Positions 1 through 9,055 are shown, numbered from the stretch's first letter. The stretch is DNA of 55,894 nucleotides from Gammaproteobacteria bacterium (GCA_024277705.1 JAJRUQ010000013.1:1-55894); one strand, 5' to 3'. Numbers and translations: made by a program. Notes: generated by a model from the letters alone, not told the origin.

Positions 1-122
1 AGCCAGGGAAGGCGGTGCGCTTATGTCCATGGAAGGACGGTATTGCGCAAGGAGCCAGGGAAGGCGGTGCGCTTATGTCCATGGAAGGACGGTATTGCGC
101 AAGGAGCCAGGGAAGGCGGTGC
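1..122. repeat. Perfect 52-bp tandem repeat (2 full copies + 18 bp, truncated by window edge) rich in GGA-loop hairpins
   Basis: AGCCAGGGAAGGCGGTGCGCTTATGTCCATGGAAGGACGGTATTGCGCAAGG at 1-52 and 53-104, partial copy at 105-122. Confidence 0.95.
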
Positions 123-165
123 TATTTTGTTTCTTTTTTTGACTGATACTGTTTGTTTTTTATCA

Positions 166-626
166 GGCATTACGGTTCTCGCACCGCGGGCGAGGCACTT
201 TTTTTCTACAGCCAAAAAAAGTACCCAAAAAGGCCGCCACTACGGCTGGTGCCCCTGCAAAAATCGCAGGGGTACTGTATCAATGGTTTGCCTAAGGTGG
301 GTTAGGGTAAAAAACGGTATTTGATTTAAATACCGGGCTTTATAATTAAAGCTGTTTAGTTTTTCGTTCTTTTGTTTTAGCTTTTGATTTTATTCGCATT
401 AGCCAAGCCATTGAGAGCTGCCGGGTAACATGAGCTTTCTGTGCCAGCATGTCTGAGCACTCGTGTTTTTTACGTGGGCGAGTTCTGGCGCAGCATGTTA
501 CCCGGCAGCTCTCGATGGGAACCCCGTGCTTTTTACAGGGCGCCAGCGTAGCGATGGCCTTTTCTGGTTACTCTTTTGGGCTGTTGCAAAAGAGTAACTC
601 GCCCGCGGTGCGAGAACCGCAATGCC
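166..626. repeat. Long inverted-repeat element (MITE-like/structured repeat) with ~105-bp imperfect arms and an internal 25-bp hairpin
   Basis: Arm 166-273 matches the reverse complement of 521-626 (both read GGCATT[A/G]CGGTTCTCGCACCGCGGGCGAG...). Internal stem 408-432 / 494-518 matches at 24 of 25 positions. Confidence 0.85.
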
Positions 627-718
627 AAAGCAAACAAAAAAAAGTAAATATCCCCCCCCCCCCCGCTTATTGGCTAAGGCGAATACCCTGTCAAAAATCA
701 AAGTGAAAACGATTACGT

Positions 719-735
719 TGCACATAAATGGTGCA
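719..735. promoter_or_regulatory. NtrC-type binding site upstream of glnK-amtB
   Basis: TGCACATAAATGGTGCA fits TGCAC-N7-GTGCA, directly upstream of a canonical NtrC-regulated operon. Confidence 0.7.
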
Positions 736-757
736 ATCTAAACCCCAGATATGGTAA

Positions 758-1150
<393 letters not shown>

Positions 1151-1211
1151 AGCAGCGAACAGTATGTTGAAATCGGTGGGACGATTTCTGTAGATATTAA
1201 AGAGAAAAAAT

Positions 1212-2501
1212 ATGAAAAAAATACATCATTTGTTAACAGCTTTCATACTGTTATTGTTACCTTTTATGGCGCAGGCGGATACTTTGGATAGTGGTGATAC
1301 CGCATGGATTCTGACTTCAACCGCGCTGGTATTGTTTATGACCCTGCCGGGTCTGGCGCTGTTTTATGGTGGCCTGGTGCGGGCAAAAAATGTACTTTCA
1401 GTACTGATGCAGTGTTTTGTGATTGCCTGTGTGGTTAGTATTTTGTGGGTGATTTACGGTTACAGTCTGGCCTTTGGTGATGGCGGTAGCATGAATGCCT
1501 GGATTGGCGGTCTGGATAATGCTTTTCTGGCAAATGTTACACGCGAATCTTTAAGCGGAACCTTGCCGGAAAGTGTGTTTGTTATGTTTCAAATGACCTT
1601 TGCGATTATTACACCGGCATTGATTGTTGGTGGCTTCGCCGAACGTATGAAATTCTCTGCCATGCTGATGTTCAGCATTATCTGGGTGAGTCTGGTTTAT
1701 TTTCCGGTGTGTCACTGGGTGTGGGGCGGTGGCTGGCTGGCCGAGCAGGGTCTGCTGGACTTTGCCGGTGGCACCGTGGTGCATATCACGGCCGGTGTTG
1801 CGGCACTGGTCTGTGCCATGGTAATGGGTAACCGTAACGGTTTTCCCGGTACCCCGATGATGCCGCATAATATGACAATGACCGTAACCGGCGCCGGTAT
1901 GTTGTGGGTTGGCTGGTTTGGATTTAATGGCGGCAGTGCGCTGCTGGCAAATGGTGATGCGGGCATGGCGATGCTGGTTACCCATGTGAGCGCCGCCTGT
2001 GGTGCCATGACCTGGGCCGTGATGGAGTGGGTTAAATATGGTAAACCCAGTGCACTGGGTACGGTCACCGGTATGGTTGCCGGTCTCGGTACAATTACTC
2101 CGGCATCCGGATTTGTCGGCCCGATGGGAGCCTTGTTTATAGGCGTAAGCGCGGGTATTGTCTGTTTCTTTGCTACGGCGTTTCTTAAACAAAAACTTAA
2201 AATTGATGATTCGCTGGATGTGTTTCCGGTGCATGGTGTGGGTGGCATGTTAGGAACAATGCTTGCCGGTATATTTGTTTCTGCCAGTTTAGGCGGTGCC
2301 GGTTTTGCTGAGGGTATGAATATGGGCTCGCAGTTAATGGTGCAGCTGACCGGTGTCCTTGTAACCATAGCATTCACTGCGGGCATGACCTTTGGTATTC
2401 TGAAACTGGTGGATGTGGTACTGGGTCTGCGGGTCAGTGATGAAGAAGAAACCGAAGGTCTGGATATCAACCAGCATGATGAAAGGGGATATATTCTATA
2501 A
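1212..2501 (+). CDS. amtB: Ammonium transporter AmtB
   Basis: GDTAW, DFAGGTVVH, WFGFNGGS, DDSLDVFPVHG motifs. Confidence 0.97.
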   Translation: MKKIHHLLTAFILLLLPFMAQADTLDSGDTAWILTSTALVLFMTLPGLALFYGGLVRAKNVLSVLMQCFVIACVVSILWVIYGYSLAFGDGGSMNAWIGGLDNAFLANVTRESLSGTLPESVFVMFQMTFAIITPALIVGGFAERMKFSAMLMFSIIWVSLVYFPVCHWVWGGGWLAEQGLLDFAGGTVVHITAGVAALVCAMVMGNRNGFPGTPMMPHNMTMTVTGAGMLWVGWFGFNGGSALLANGDAGMAMLVTHVSAACGAMTWAVMEWVKYGKPSALGTVTGMVAGLGTITPASGFVGPMGALFIGVSAGIVCFFATAFLKQKLKIDDSLDVFPVHGVGGMLGTMLAGIFVSASLGGAGFAEGMNMGSQLMVQLTGVLVTIAFTAGMTFGILKLVDVVLGLRVSDEEETEGLDINQHDERGYIL

Positions 2502-2558
2502 GTCGTTTAATTTCCGGGTTCGGCCATGAAGAGATATTGGCGGTTTGCGGTAGACAGT

Positions 2559-2748
2559 AAAAAACGTTAGTCCGCGAAGAACGCAAAAAAACCGCGAAAA
2601 AATCCAAATTTTTTTGGGTGAGCACTGCTCGCCATTGCTTAAATATAGAAGCTTTGTTCTGTCGGGCAGTACCCGACCTGTGTTTCTACCATTAATTATT
2701 GTTTTGTTTTTTTCGCGTCTTTTGCGTTCTTCGCGGCAAAAGTTTCTA
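2559..2748. repeat. Family A palindromic element (9-nt periodic CGCRAARA arms) enclosing a small hairpin pair
   Basis: Left arm CCGCGAAGAACGCAAAA (2572), right arm TTTTGCGTTCTTCGCGG (ends 2736). 2680-2728 is identical (49 nt) to 55819-55867. Confidence 0.9.
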
Positions 2749-2757
2749 AAATACTAA

Positions 2758-2827
2758 GGGGTCGGAGTCATTTTTAAACGCTTATTAACGATTATGCTGT
2801 GTTAGTTATTAAAATGACTCCGACCCC
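2758..2827. repeat. Family B REP-doublet-like palindrome (70 bp)
   Basis: Perfect 17-bp inverted repeat GGGGTCGGAGTCATTTT / AAAATGACTCCGACCCC; further copies at 9964 and 50003. Confidence 0.92.
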
Positions 2828-2851
2828 GGTGGCTCGAAGGTGAGCGGTGTT

Positions 2852-5332
2852 TTAGTTCAGTTTGTTGATCACGGCTTTGAAGGCGTGGTCAAAGGCTGAG
2901 TGTCCCATGATCATTTTAGTTTTATCGGCGGCAACTTCAGCGTTAAAATCCTCAAAAGATTTTTCGGTGACCAGTTCGCCTTTATGATTGACGAACATCA
3001 TATTGGCATCTTCAACAATAATTACAGATAATTTACAGCGTCTGGGAATATGGTCTTCCCCCATGTAAAGCTGGAACCACATTCCCGGCATGACATTGCT
3101 GGGAATTTCCGGTTTGTCACTTTCTTCTTCTACCGGTGGTTCTGCGACCGGTTCGGCCTCACTTAATACCTGTTCGGCGATATCAACTTCTTTCTCGGTA
3201 AAATTGGCATCATCAATATGCTGTTGTACGGTGTCCTTGTAGGCCTGCATAACGGTCTGTACATCTTTTTTTGAACTGCTGGTTATATTTAAATATTTTT
3301 CTGTGGTTTCAAAAAGCTCGTCTTTTTCAGCCAGTATCTTTGCCAGTGCTTCTGCAGAATGAACCGGTTGCACACTTTCAACTATCAGTCTTAAGGTCAG
3401 TATCAGGTTTACCCACTCATTATTTTCTTTGCCGTTGCTGAGGTAATGATTAAACATGAAAGTCGGCCAGCGTTTTAAAATTAACGGATGTACCGCTTCG
3501 GGCAGGGTTTTACCAGTGGTTGTGGCGCGCAAGGCTTTTAATACAGTAGCGCGTGCGTGGCTGCGCATTACCTGTTTTTGTTCCTCTTCTTCTTTAGCGC
3601 GCGTTATGTTTTCCTGTTCCTCGACATAACTGTTCAGGCTGTCTAAAGCCAGCTGGAATGTCTCGGTATTTAAATTGTACTCAGCCAGGATGTTGGATAT
3701 TATTTTATCAAGGTGTTTGTAAACATGGTCGGTATGTTCGGTAACACCGATGCCCACTTCGGCAATACTGTCGAGTAAAATCCGGGCTGGATGGTCATCA
3801 TAGATAAAGAATTCCTGATCCGCCATAGACGCTTTGATAACAGGAATCTGCAGTCTTAATAACAGGGTTTTAATGGTGTCGGAAATGTCATCGTCATCAA
3901 TAATGGCATCAAAAATCAACTCGATAAAATCAATGGTTTTTTCAGCAATTTGATTGATGCGTTTGGTGACGGCACCGCCGGATGTTTTTGCAATTTCTTC
4001 CAGAACTGCTTTTTTAATGGCATCGCCATCGAAATGGTTTTGTTGCGGATGCTCAAATTGCGGCTGACTCTGAAGACTGGATAGTGCCTGAATTATTTCC
4101 TCATGGCCAAAGTGTTGTGCAGTGCTTTGCGGAAAATATTCAGCATGGCTGTGTGAAGCTTTATCGGCCGTTTCGGGGGTAAAGGGCGCGCCAATATAGT
4201 TGCCTAATACACGCCCGACCTGACTTGCCGGTATGCCGGCAGTGTAGTGTTGAAATTCATTTGTACTGCTGGCGCTCTTATCTGTTTGAGTGCTGTGTCC
4301 GGCTGACGGTTCAGTGCCCTGACTGCCACTGCCGGGAATACCGCTGCTATTACCGGTCGATTGACCGCCGCTGGTTTGTGTCTGGGCGGTACCCGCTGCA
4401 GTATTGCCTGCCTGTTGTGTATGGCGGTAGTTGCCTCCCGGTGCGGCGGTCATGGCAAAACCGTTGATATTACGAGCACCGGGATTTTGTCCGCCGGGGC
4501 CAGTAGTATTAGCGCTTCCTGTCGGGGCGGAGCCGGCAGCAATGCCATCATGCCCGATGGCATAGGAAGTATCCTGCCCGCTATCGGTATTAACAGCCTG
4601 TTGTGTTTCGTCTTCTGTATTTTGTGCGGTTTGTTGTGGCTGTGGCTGGGGGCGGGAAGGGGATGGTTTCTGTCCTTTCAGGTGCAGTTTTATTTGCGGT
4701 AGTATTTTTGCATCAATCAGACGATTGTTTATCGAGTCATATAGCGCGTCGAGTTTATTGGCAATTTCCATATCAAACATTTTGAACAATAATTTTTTAT
4801 TGTCACCATTGAAATTGTCTGCCAGTGCATCATCAAATGCCTGGCAGAAATTAGTCGGTTTAAGTGCGTCCTGGGTAAAGACGGTATTGGTTTTAAGCGC
4901 CAGGTGCTCAAGTCTGGCATCAAGGTGGGACAGTTGTTCCCGGTATTTTGCGGCTGCACGTTCTCCGATGCCTTTTACCAGTACAATACTTTCCATAACA
5001 TCCTGATCGATCAGGCTTAATTCATCATCCGGTTGCTGATTTTGTTTTATATGTTTGCTTTCGAAGTCTTTTGCCGGTACCAGGTATGTTTTAATATTAT
5101 TGTTGAAAGCATCAGCAATATCGGGTTTTAGCACACGAATCTGGTTCATCAATTCAAAATAACGGGTCTGGTCTTCGTTGTTATCAGCATCATTGGATAA
5201 ATCGAATAGTTTATCCTGTGTGGTGTTCAGCAGTTTGGACATTAAGTCGGATAAACGAGTGCTTACATTATTGCGAAGATCAATAACCAGTTTGTCGTAT
5301 ACACTAATTTTATAGTTTTTCTTTTTCGTCAT
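2852..5332 (-). CDS. DUF1631-family-like protein with long low-complexity linker
   Basis: 826 aa; ELSL...GIGERA, LLRLQIPVIK...FF...HPAR, C-terminal GMWFQL...RRCKL motifs; G/S/T/Q-rich central region. Confidence 0.75.
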   Translation of the reverse strand: MTKKKNYKISVYDKLVIDLRNNVSTRLSDLMSKLLNTTQDKLFDLSNDADNNEDQTRYFELMNQIRVLKPDIADAFNNNIKTYLVPAKDFESKHIKQNQQPDDELSLIDQDVMESIVLVKGIGERAAAKYREQLSHLDARLEHLALKTNTVFTQDALKPTNFCQAFDDALADNFNGDNKKLLFKMFDMEIANKLDALYDSINNRLIDAKILPQIKLHLKGQKPSPSRPQPQPQQTAQNTEDETQQAVNTDSGQDTSYAIGHDGIAAGSAPTGSANTTGPGGQNPGARNINGFAMTAAPGGNYRHTQQAGNTAAGTAQTQTSGGQSTGNSSGIPGSGSQGTEPSAGHSTQTDKSASSTNEFQHYTAGIPASQVGRVLGNYIGAPFTPETADKASHSHAEYFPQSTAQHFGHEEIIQALSSLQSQPQFEHPQQNHFDGDAIKKAVLEEIAKTSGGAVTKRINQIAEKTIDFIELIFDAIIDDDDISDTIKTLLLRLQIPVIKASMADQEFFIYDDHPARILLDSIAEVGIGVTEHTDHVYKHLDKIISNILAEYNLNTETFQLALDSLNSYVEEQENITRAKEEEEQKQVMRSHARATVLKALRATTTGKTLPEAVHPLILKRWPTFMFNHYLSNGKENNEWVNLILTLRLIVESVQPVHSAEALAKILAEKDELFETTEKYLNITSSSKKDVQTVMQAYKDTVQQHIDDANFTEKEVDIAEQVLSEAEPVAEPPVEEESDKPEIPSNVMPGMWFQLYMGEDHIPRRCKLSVIIVEDANMMFVNHKGELVTEKSFEDFNAEVAADKTKMIMGHSAFDHAFKAVINKLN

Positions 5333-5574
5333 TTTTACAAGAACCGCGCTGCTGCAGAGGATGAATCAGGTGTCAAATTTGATAAAGGGGTGCTGTTAGT
5401 TAATTATAGCTGTTTATGTTGAAAAAACAGACACTTAATATGCTATTAGAACATGTTTTTTATTAAATTAAAATCACTGCTTCAATTGAAACTGGTGGAT
5501 ATACAACTATGCTCTTCTGATAACGATATAAATGTGCAAAAGAATCATTTTTAGATAATCATTGAGTTTTGTTT

Positions 5575-6702
5575 ATGAGCGAGCAAGTTGCCGAAAAACC
5601 CGAAATCCTGCTGGTCGATGATTCCAAAGTAATACGAATTGCCGGTAGAAAAATGCTGGAAAATGACTATATCATTCATCTTGCTGAAGATGGCCTGGTG
5701 GGTTGGGAAATGTTGCAAAGTAACAGTGCTATATCAGTAGTCTTTTCTGATTTGAGTATGCCTAATCTGAATGGTATGGAATTACTTGAAAATATTCGCA
5801 GTTCCAGCAGTGATTATATTGCTAATCTGCCAGTGATTATCATGACCGGACATGATGATTCCGAAGCCATGAAACAGGTGGTGTTTGATGCGGGTGCAAC
5901 GGATTTCATCAGCAAGCCCTTTGAGTCCATTGACCTGTTGAGCCGGGCAAAAGCGTATGCAAGGTTAAGCCAGAAGGTTGTCGAGCTGGAAAAAAGAACC
6001 GGTTATGACAAGCTTACCGGTCTGTATAATGCCAATCTTCTTGAAGAGCAGGGGGGCAAGGCATTTTCATTTTCTGACCGTCATAAACTGGCAATTAGTG
6101 CAGTGTATTTTGAGATCCAGGATTTTCAGAACTGTTTTCTGTCTTATGGTAAAAAGGTTGCGCAGCACGTTATTATCGCGGTAGGCGAGCGGCTGCGCAA
6201 AGCCATGCGCGAAGAAGATATTGCGGCGAGAATCGGGGTGGCAAAATATGCCCTGATTCTGCCAATGACAAACAGGCAGAAGGCTGAAATTGTTATTGAA
6301 CGGATTCGTACCAGTATTAACAAGCTGGTATTTGACACCGGTAAAGAAAAAATCCGGGTTAGTTTTACCACCGGTTATGCCGCCCCCGACATTGGTAGTG
6401 AACTATCGTTTGAAGAATTACTGGAGCAGGCAGATGATGCCCTGCAGCGGGCGATTTCTTCAACCACCGAGCAGGTAATCTGCTTTGATGATGAAGTCGA
6501 AGTTATTGAGGCTCCGGTTATAATAACCGAGCAGGATATAGAACAGGCGTTTTCGCATATCCTGGACGGTAATTTCTACCAGATTCCAGAGCAGCATCTG
6601 GATGCTGTGATGGAGCGTTTGTCACCGTTTATGCAGTATATAGAAAACCAGAAGGATAGTGAAACAGAGCTGGAAGAAGCAGATAAAAACATTGCTCTTT
6701 GA
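5575..6702 (+). CDS. Response regulator with degenerate GGDEF domain
   Basis: REC domain (LLVDDS, SDLSMP, DFISKP); DKLTGLYN; active site reads GVAKY. ATG 5575 preferred over TTG 5569. Confidence 0.85.
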   Translation: MSEQVAEKPEILLVDDSKVIRIAGRKMLENDYIIHLAEDGLVGWEMLQSNSAISVVFSDLSMPNLNGMELLENIRSSSSDYIANLPVIIMTGHDDSEAMKQVVFDAGATDFISKPFESIDLLSRAKAYARLSQKVVELEKRTGYDKLTGLYNANLLEEQGGKAFSFSDRHKLAISAVYFEIQDFQNCFLSYGKKVAQHVIIAVGERLRKAMREEDIAARIGVAKYALILPMTNRQKAEIVIERIRTSINKLVFDTGKEKIRVSFTTGYAAPDIGSELSFEELLEQADDALQRAISSTTEQVICFDDEVEVIEAPVIITEQDIEQAFSHILDGNFYQIPEQHLDAVMERLSPFMQYIENQKDSETELEEADKNIAL

Positions 6703-6753
6703 GCGCCGGTGGAACAATAACCGGCCCGCGATAAGTTTTTAATGAGGTGAGTT

Positions 6754-7173
6754 ATGACAACACAGCCAAAAACAATTACCGCCATCAAAGCCTGGGAGTT
6801 ATGCCGGGATGAGCCGCGTTCATTGCTGATTGATGTTCGCTCCAGCATGGAATATTTATTTGTTGGTCATCCGCAAGGGGCTGTGCATGTGCCCTGGATA
6901 GATGAGCCGGACTGGGTTATTAATGAACATTTTGTTACCGATATAAGAAAGCTGGCACTTGGTGGTCTGCATGAATCAATCGATGATGTACCGATTATTC
7001 TTATTTGTCGCAGCGGTAATCGCTCTGCAGAGGCGGGAGTGAAATTGCTGGAGGCCGGTATCAATAATGTTTACAATATTGATGAGGGTTTTGAAGGCAA
7101 GCTGGATAAAAATCATCATCGTAGTACCGTTGGTGGCTGGCGTTATCATGATCTGCCCTGGGAACAATGTTGA
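6754..7173 (+). CDS. Rhodanese-like sulfurtransferase
   Basis: LIDVR, active-site CRSGNRS, GW...LPW; GAGGTGA RBS. Confidence 0.9.
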   Translation: MTTQPKTITAIKAWELCRDEPRSLLIDVRSSMEYLFVGHPQGAVHVPWIDEPDWVINEHFVTDIRKLALGGLHESIDDVPIILICRSGNRSAEAGVKLLEAGINNVYNIDEGFEGKLDKNHHRSTVGGWRYHDLPWEQC

Positions 7174-7207
7174 ATAACTGGGTACAACTACTCGTGAATA
7201 GTGAATA

Positions 7208-7597
7208 GTGGAAAAGACTGACGACCAGTGGCGGCAGCAGTTAACTGATAATGAATACCGGATTACCCGTCAGGCGGGAACCGAGCCGGCGTTCTCCGGG
7301 CAATATGTCAATAATAAAGAGTGCGGTGTGTATCACTGCAAATGCTGCGGTGAAGAACTTTTCAGTTCAACAGAGAAATACGATTCTGGATCCGGCTGGC
7401 CGAGTTTCTATCAGCCAAAAAATAACACTAGCCTGGAAGAAATAAAAGATTCTACCCATGGTATGACCCGTATCGAAGTGCGTTGTCCGGCATGCGAAGC
7501 TCACCTTGGCCATGTGTTTGATGATGGCCCGCAGCCCACAGGCCTGCGATACTGTATTAATTCAGCATCACTGGATTTCGAGGCGAGTGGTAAATAG
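7208..7597 (+). CDS. msrB: Peptide-methionine (R)-S-oxide reductase MsrB
   Basis: [33 protein letters not shown], two Zn-binding CxxC. Confidence 0.96.
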   Translation: MEKTDDQWRQQLTDNEYRITRQAGTEPAFSGQYVNNKECGVYHCKCCGEELFSSTEKYDSGSGWPSFYQPKNNTSLEEIKDSTHGMTRIEVRCPACEAHLGHVFDDGPQPTGLRYCINSASLDFEASGK

Positions 7598-7606
7598 TGA
7601 AGGGCA

Positions 7607-7773
7607 GGTTTCGGCCAGAAAGAGAAGTTGTAAGTTAAAAGTTTTAAGTTATAAGTAGAAAGTCAAAAACTGGATAACCTTATGTTTAACAAGCTTCTTT
7701 TGATTTATGTTTTTAAACTTACAACTTACAACTTGTAACTTAAAACTTGCAACTTCTCTTAAGGCTCAAAACC
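7607..7773. repeat. Family C inverted element built from AAGTTNN heptamers
   Basis: AAGAGAAGTTGTAAGTTAAAAGTTTTAAGTTATAAG (7620-) inverted against CTTACAACTTACAACTTGTAACTTAAAACTTGCAACTTCTCTT (-7760); homologous copy at 20.76 kb. Confidence 0.88.
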
Positions 7774-7787
7774 GTCATATCGTAAAA

Positions 7788-8615
7788 TTAACAACAACCG
7801 CAACTGCCACCGGGTTTTACCGCTTCAATGGTTGCGGACAAAACATAATCTTCGACACCGCTGCCTGGTGCCCAGTCCTTGATGAAGTCTTTTGAATCAT
7901 CTTTAGGGGTAATGTTTATATTTTCAAAACCACATTCTTCAAGAATACTCTGTAGCTCTGAAATCAGCGATGCGCCCGCCATGCAACCGGAATACAGAGC
8001 CAGATCCTGTTTCATTTCCTGTGGTAATTCAGTACTGGCAACAACATCAGAAATAGCCAGCCGACCCCCTGATTTTAAAACGCGGAAGGCTTCACTGAAT
8101 ACCTGCTTTTTATCGGGAGATAAATTAATTACACAGTTGGATATGATGACGTCGACAGTATCATTTGCCACCGGCATGTATTCGATTTCACCAAGACGAA
8201 ATTCAACATGATTATATTTCCCCTTTGCCGCATTGTTACGTGCCTTGGAAATCATCACCGGTGTCATGTCGATGCCGATGACATGACCGCTTTCACCGGT
8301 TTCGGCGGCAGCCAGAAAGCAGTCAAAGCCGCCACCGCTGCCTAAATCAAGAATGGTTTCTCCCTGTTTTATGCTGGCAATAGCCCGTGGATTGCCGCAG
8401 CCGAGTCCCATATCCGCGCCTTCGGGTGCTGTTTCCAGATCACTTTCACTATAACCCAGACGGGTAGAAACCAGGGCGTTTATCGCGGCATCATCGGTAA
8501 TGCCGCAACAACTGGCACCCTCACCACAGGCATCACCCTGATTACTGGCTTCGGCCACCTGCGAATAACTGTGTCTTACGTTCTGACGTATTTCATCTGC
8601 CTTTTTCTGGTCCAT
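7788..8615 (-). CDS. arsM: Arsenite methyltransferase
   Basis: GLGCGNP, LDLGSGGGFDC, SNCVINL, GCMAGA motifs. Start moved to ATG 8615, 1 nt after the arsR stop. Confidence 0.9.
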   Translation of the reverse strand: MDQKKADEIRQNVRHSYSQVAEASNQGDACGEGASCCGITDDAAINALVSTRLGYSESDLETAPEGADMGLGCGNPRAIASIKQGETILDLGSGGGFDCFLAAAETGESGHVIGIDMTPVMISKARNNAAKGKYNHVEFRLGEIEYMPVANDTVDVIISNCVINLSPDKKQVFSEAFRVLKSGGRLAISDVVASTELPQEMKQDLALYSGCMAGASLISELQSILEECGFENINITPKDDSKDFIKDWAPGSGVEDYVLSATIEAVKPGGSCGCC

Positions 8616-8616
8616 A

Positions 8617-8952
8617 TTAATTAAGTCTCGCCGGGTTGCTGGAAAAAATATTTTGTATTTGTGCTGTCGTTTCAGTATTGACCGAACAAAAAATCTGTTT
8701 GCCGTCACGTTGCATGTTAATCAGGCCGGCACGATGCAGTTCTTTCAAATGATGGGATAATGTCGATGCTGCAATATCAAGTTGTGAGTCCAGATCACCA
8801 ACGCAGCAGCTAAATACGTCATCGCTGTTGCAGCTGGCACCGGGGGTGCAGCATGAGGTTAGTATGTTGTATATTTTAAGGCGATGATGATTTGCCAGTG
8901 CTTTAAATATATCAACAAGCTGCTCGGGTTCAATGGTTTTATAGTTCGACAT
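8617..8952 (-). CDS. arsR: ArsR/SmtB family repressor, Cys-rich
   Basis: FKALAN..RL, CCVGDL, STLSHHLKELHRAGLI; ATG at 8952; co-oriented with arsM. Confidence 0.85.
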   Translation of the reverse strand: MSNYKTIEPEQLVDIFKALANHHRLKIYNILTSCCTPGASCNSDDVFSCCVGDLDSQLDIAASTLSHHLKELHRAGLINMQRDGKQIFCSVNTETTAQIQNIFSSNPARLN

Positions 8953-8987
8953 TTTTCGAATTATAATAGTATTGAAAATAAATGCAA
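8941..8987 (-). promoter_or_regulatory. Sigma70 promoter and palindromic operator overlapping the arsR start (probably leaderless)
   Basis: Minus strand TTGCAT(8987-8982)-16 nt-TATAAT(8965-8960)-7 nt-ATG. Palindrome ATAGTTCGA-N6-TCGAATTAT at 8941-8964. Confidence 0.75.
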
Positions 8988-9055
8988 GACTTGTTTGCAC
9001 AAAATTTTTGTTTGGTGCAAAGTCTCAGTTATTACATCTGTAAGCGACAACTGAC

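Noticed and set aside
1-122. CRISPR array
   Set aside because: Units are contiguous and identical with no unique spacers, and no cas genes are in the window.
21-725. Short ORFs 21-215, 43-324, 449-706 and 498-725
   Set aside because: They lie within tandem and inverted repeats and show no recognisable protein features.
1551-2470. Long antisense ORFs over amtB (and similar ones over pilY1, ileS and murJ)
   Set aside because: Shadow frames of well-supported genes, with no independent features.
7194-7210. GTGAATA x2.4 before msrB as another heptamer element
   Set aside because: Too short and has no inverted partner.
7707-7895. 62-aa ORF with LQLTTCNLKL periodicity
   Set aside because: Translation of the heptamer repeat arm; overlaps arsM on the opposite strand.
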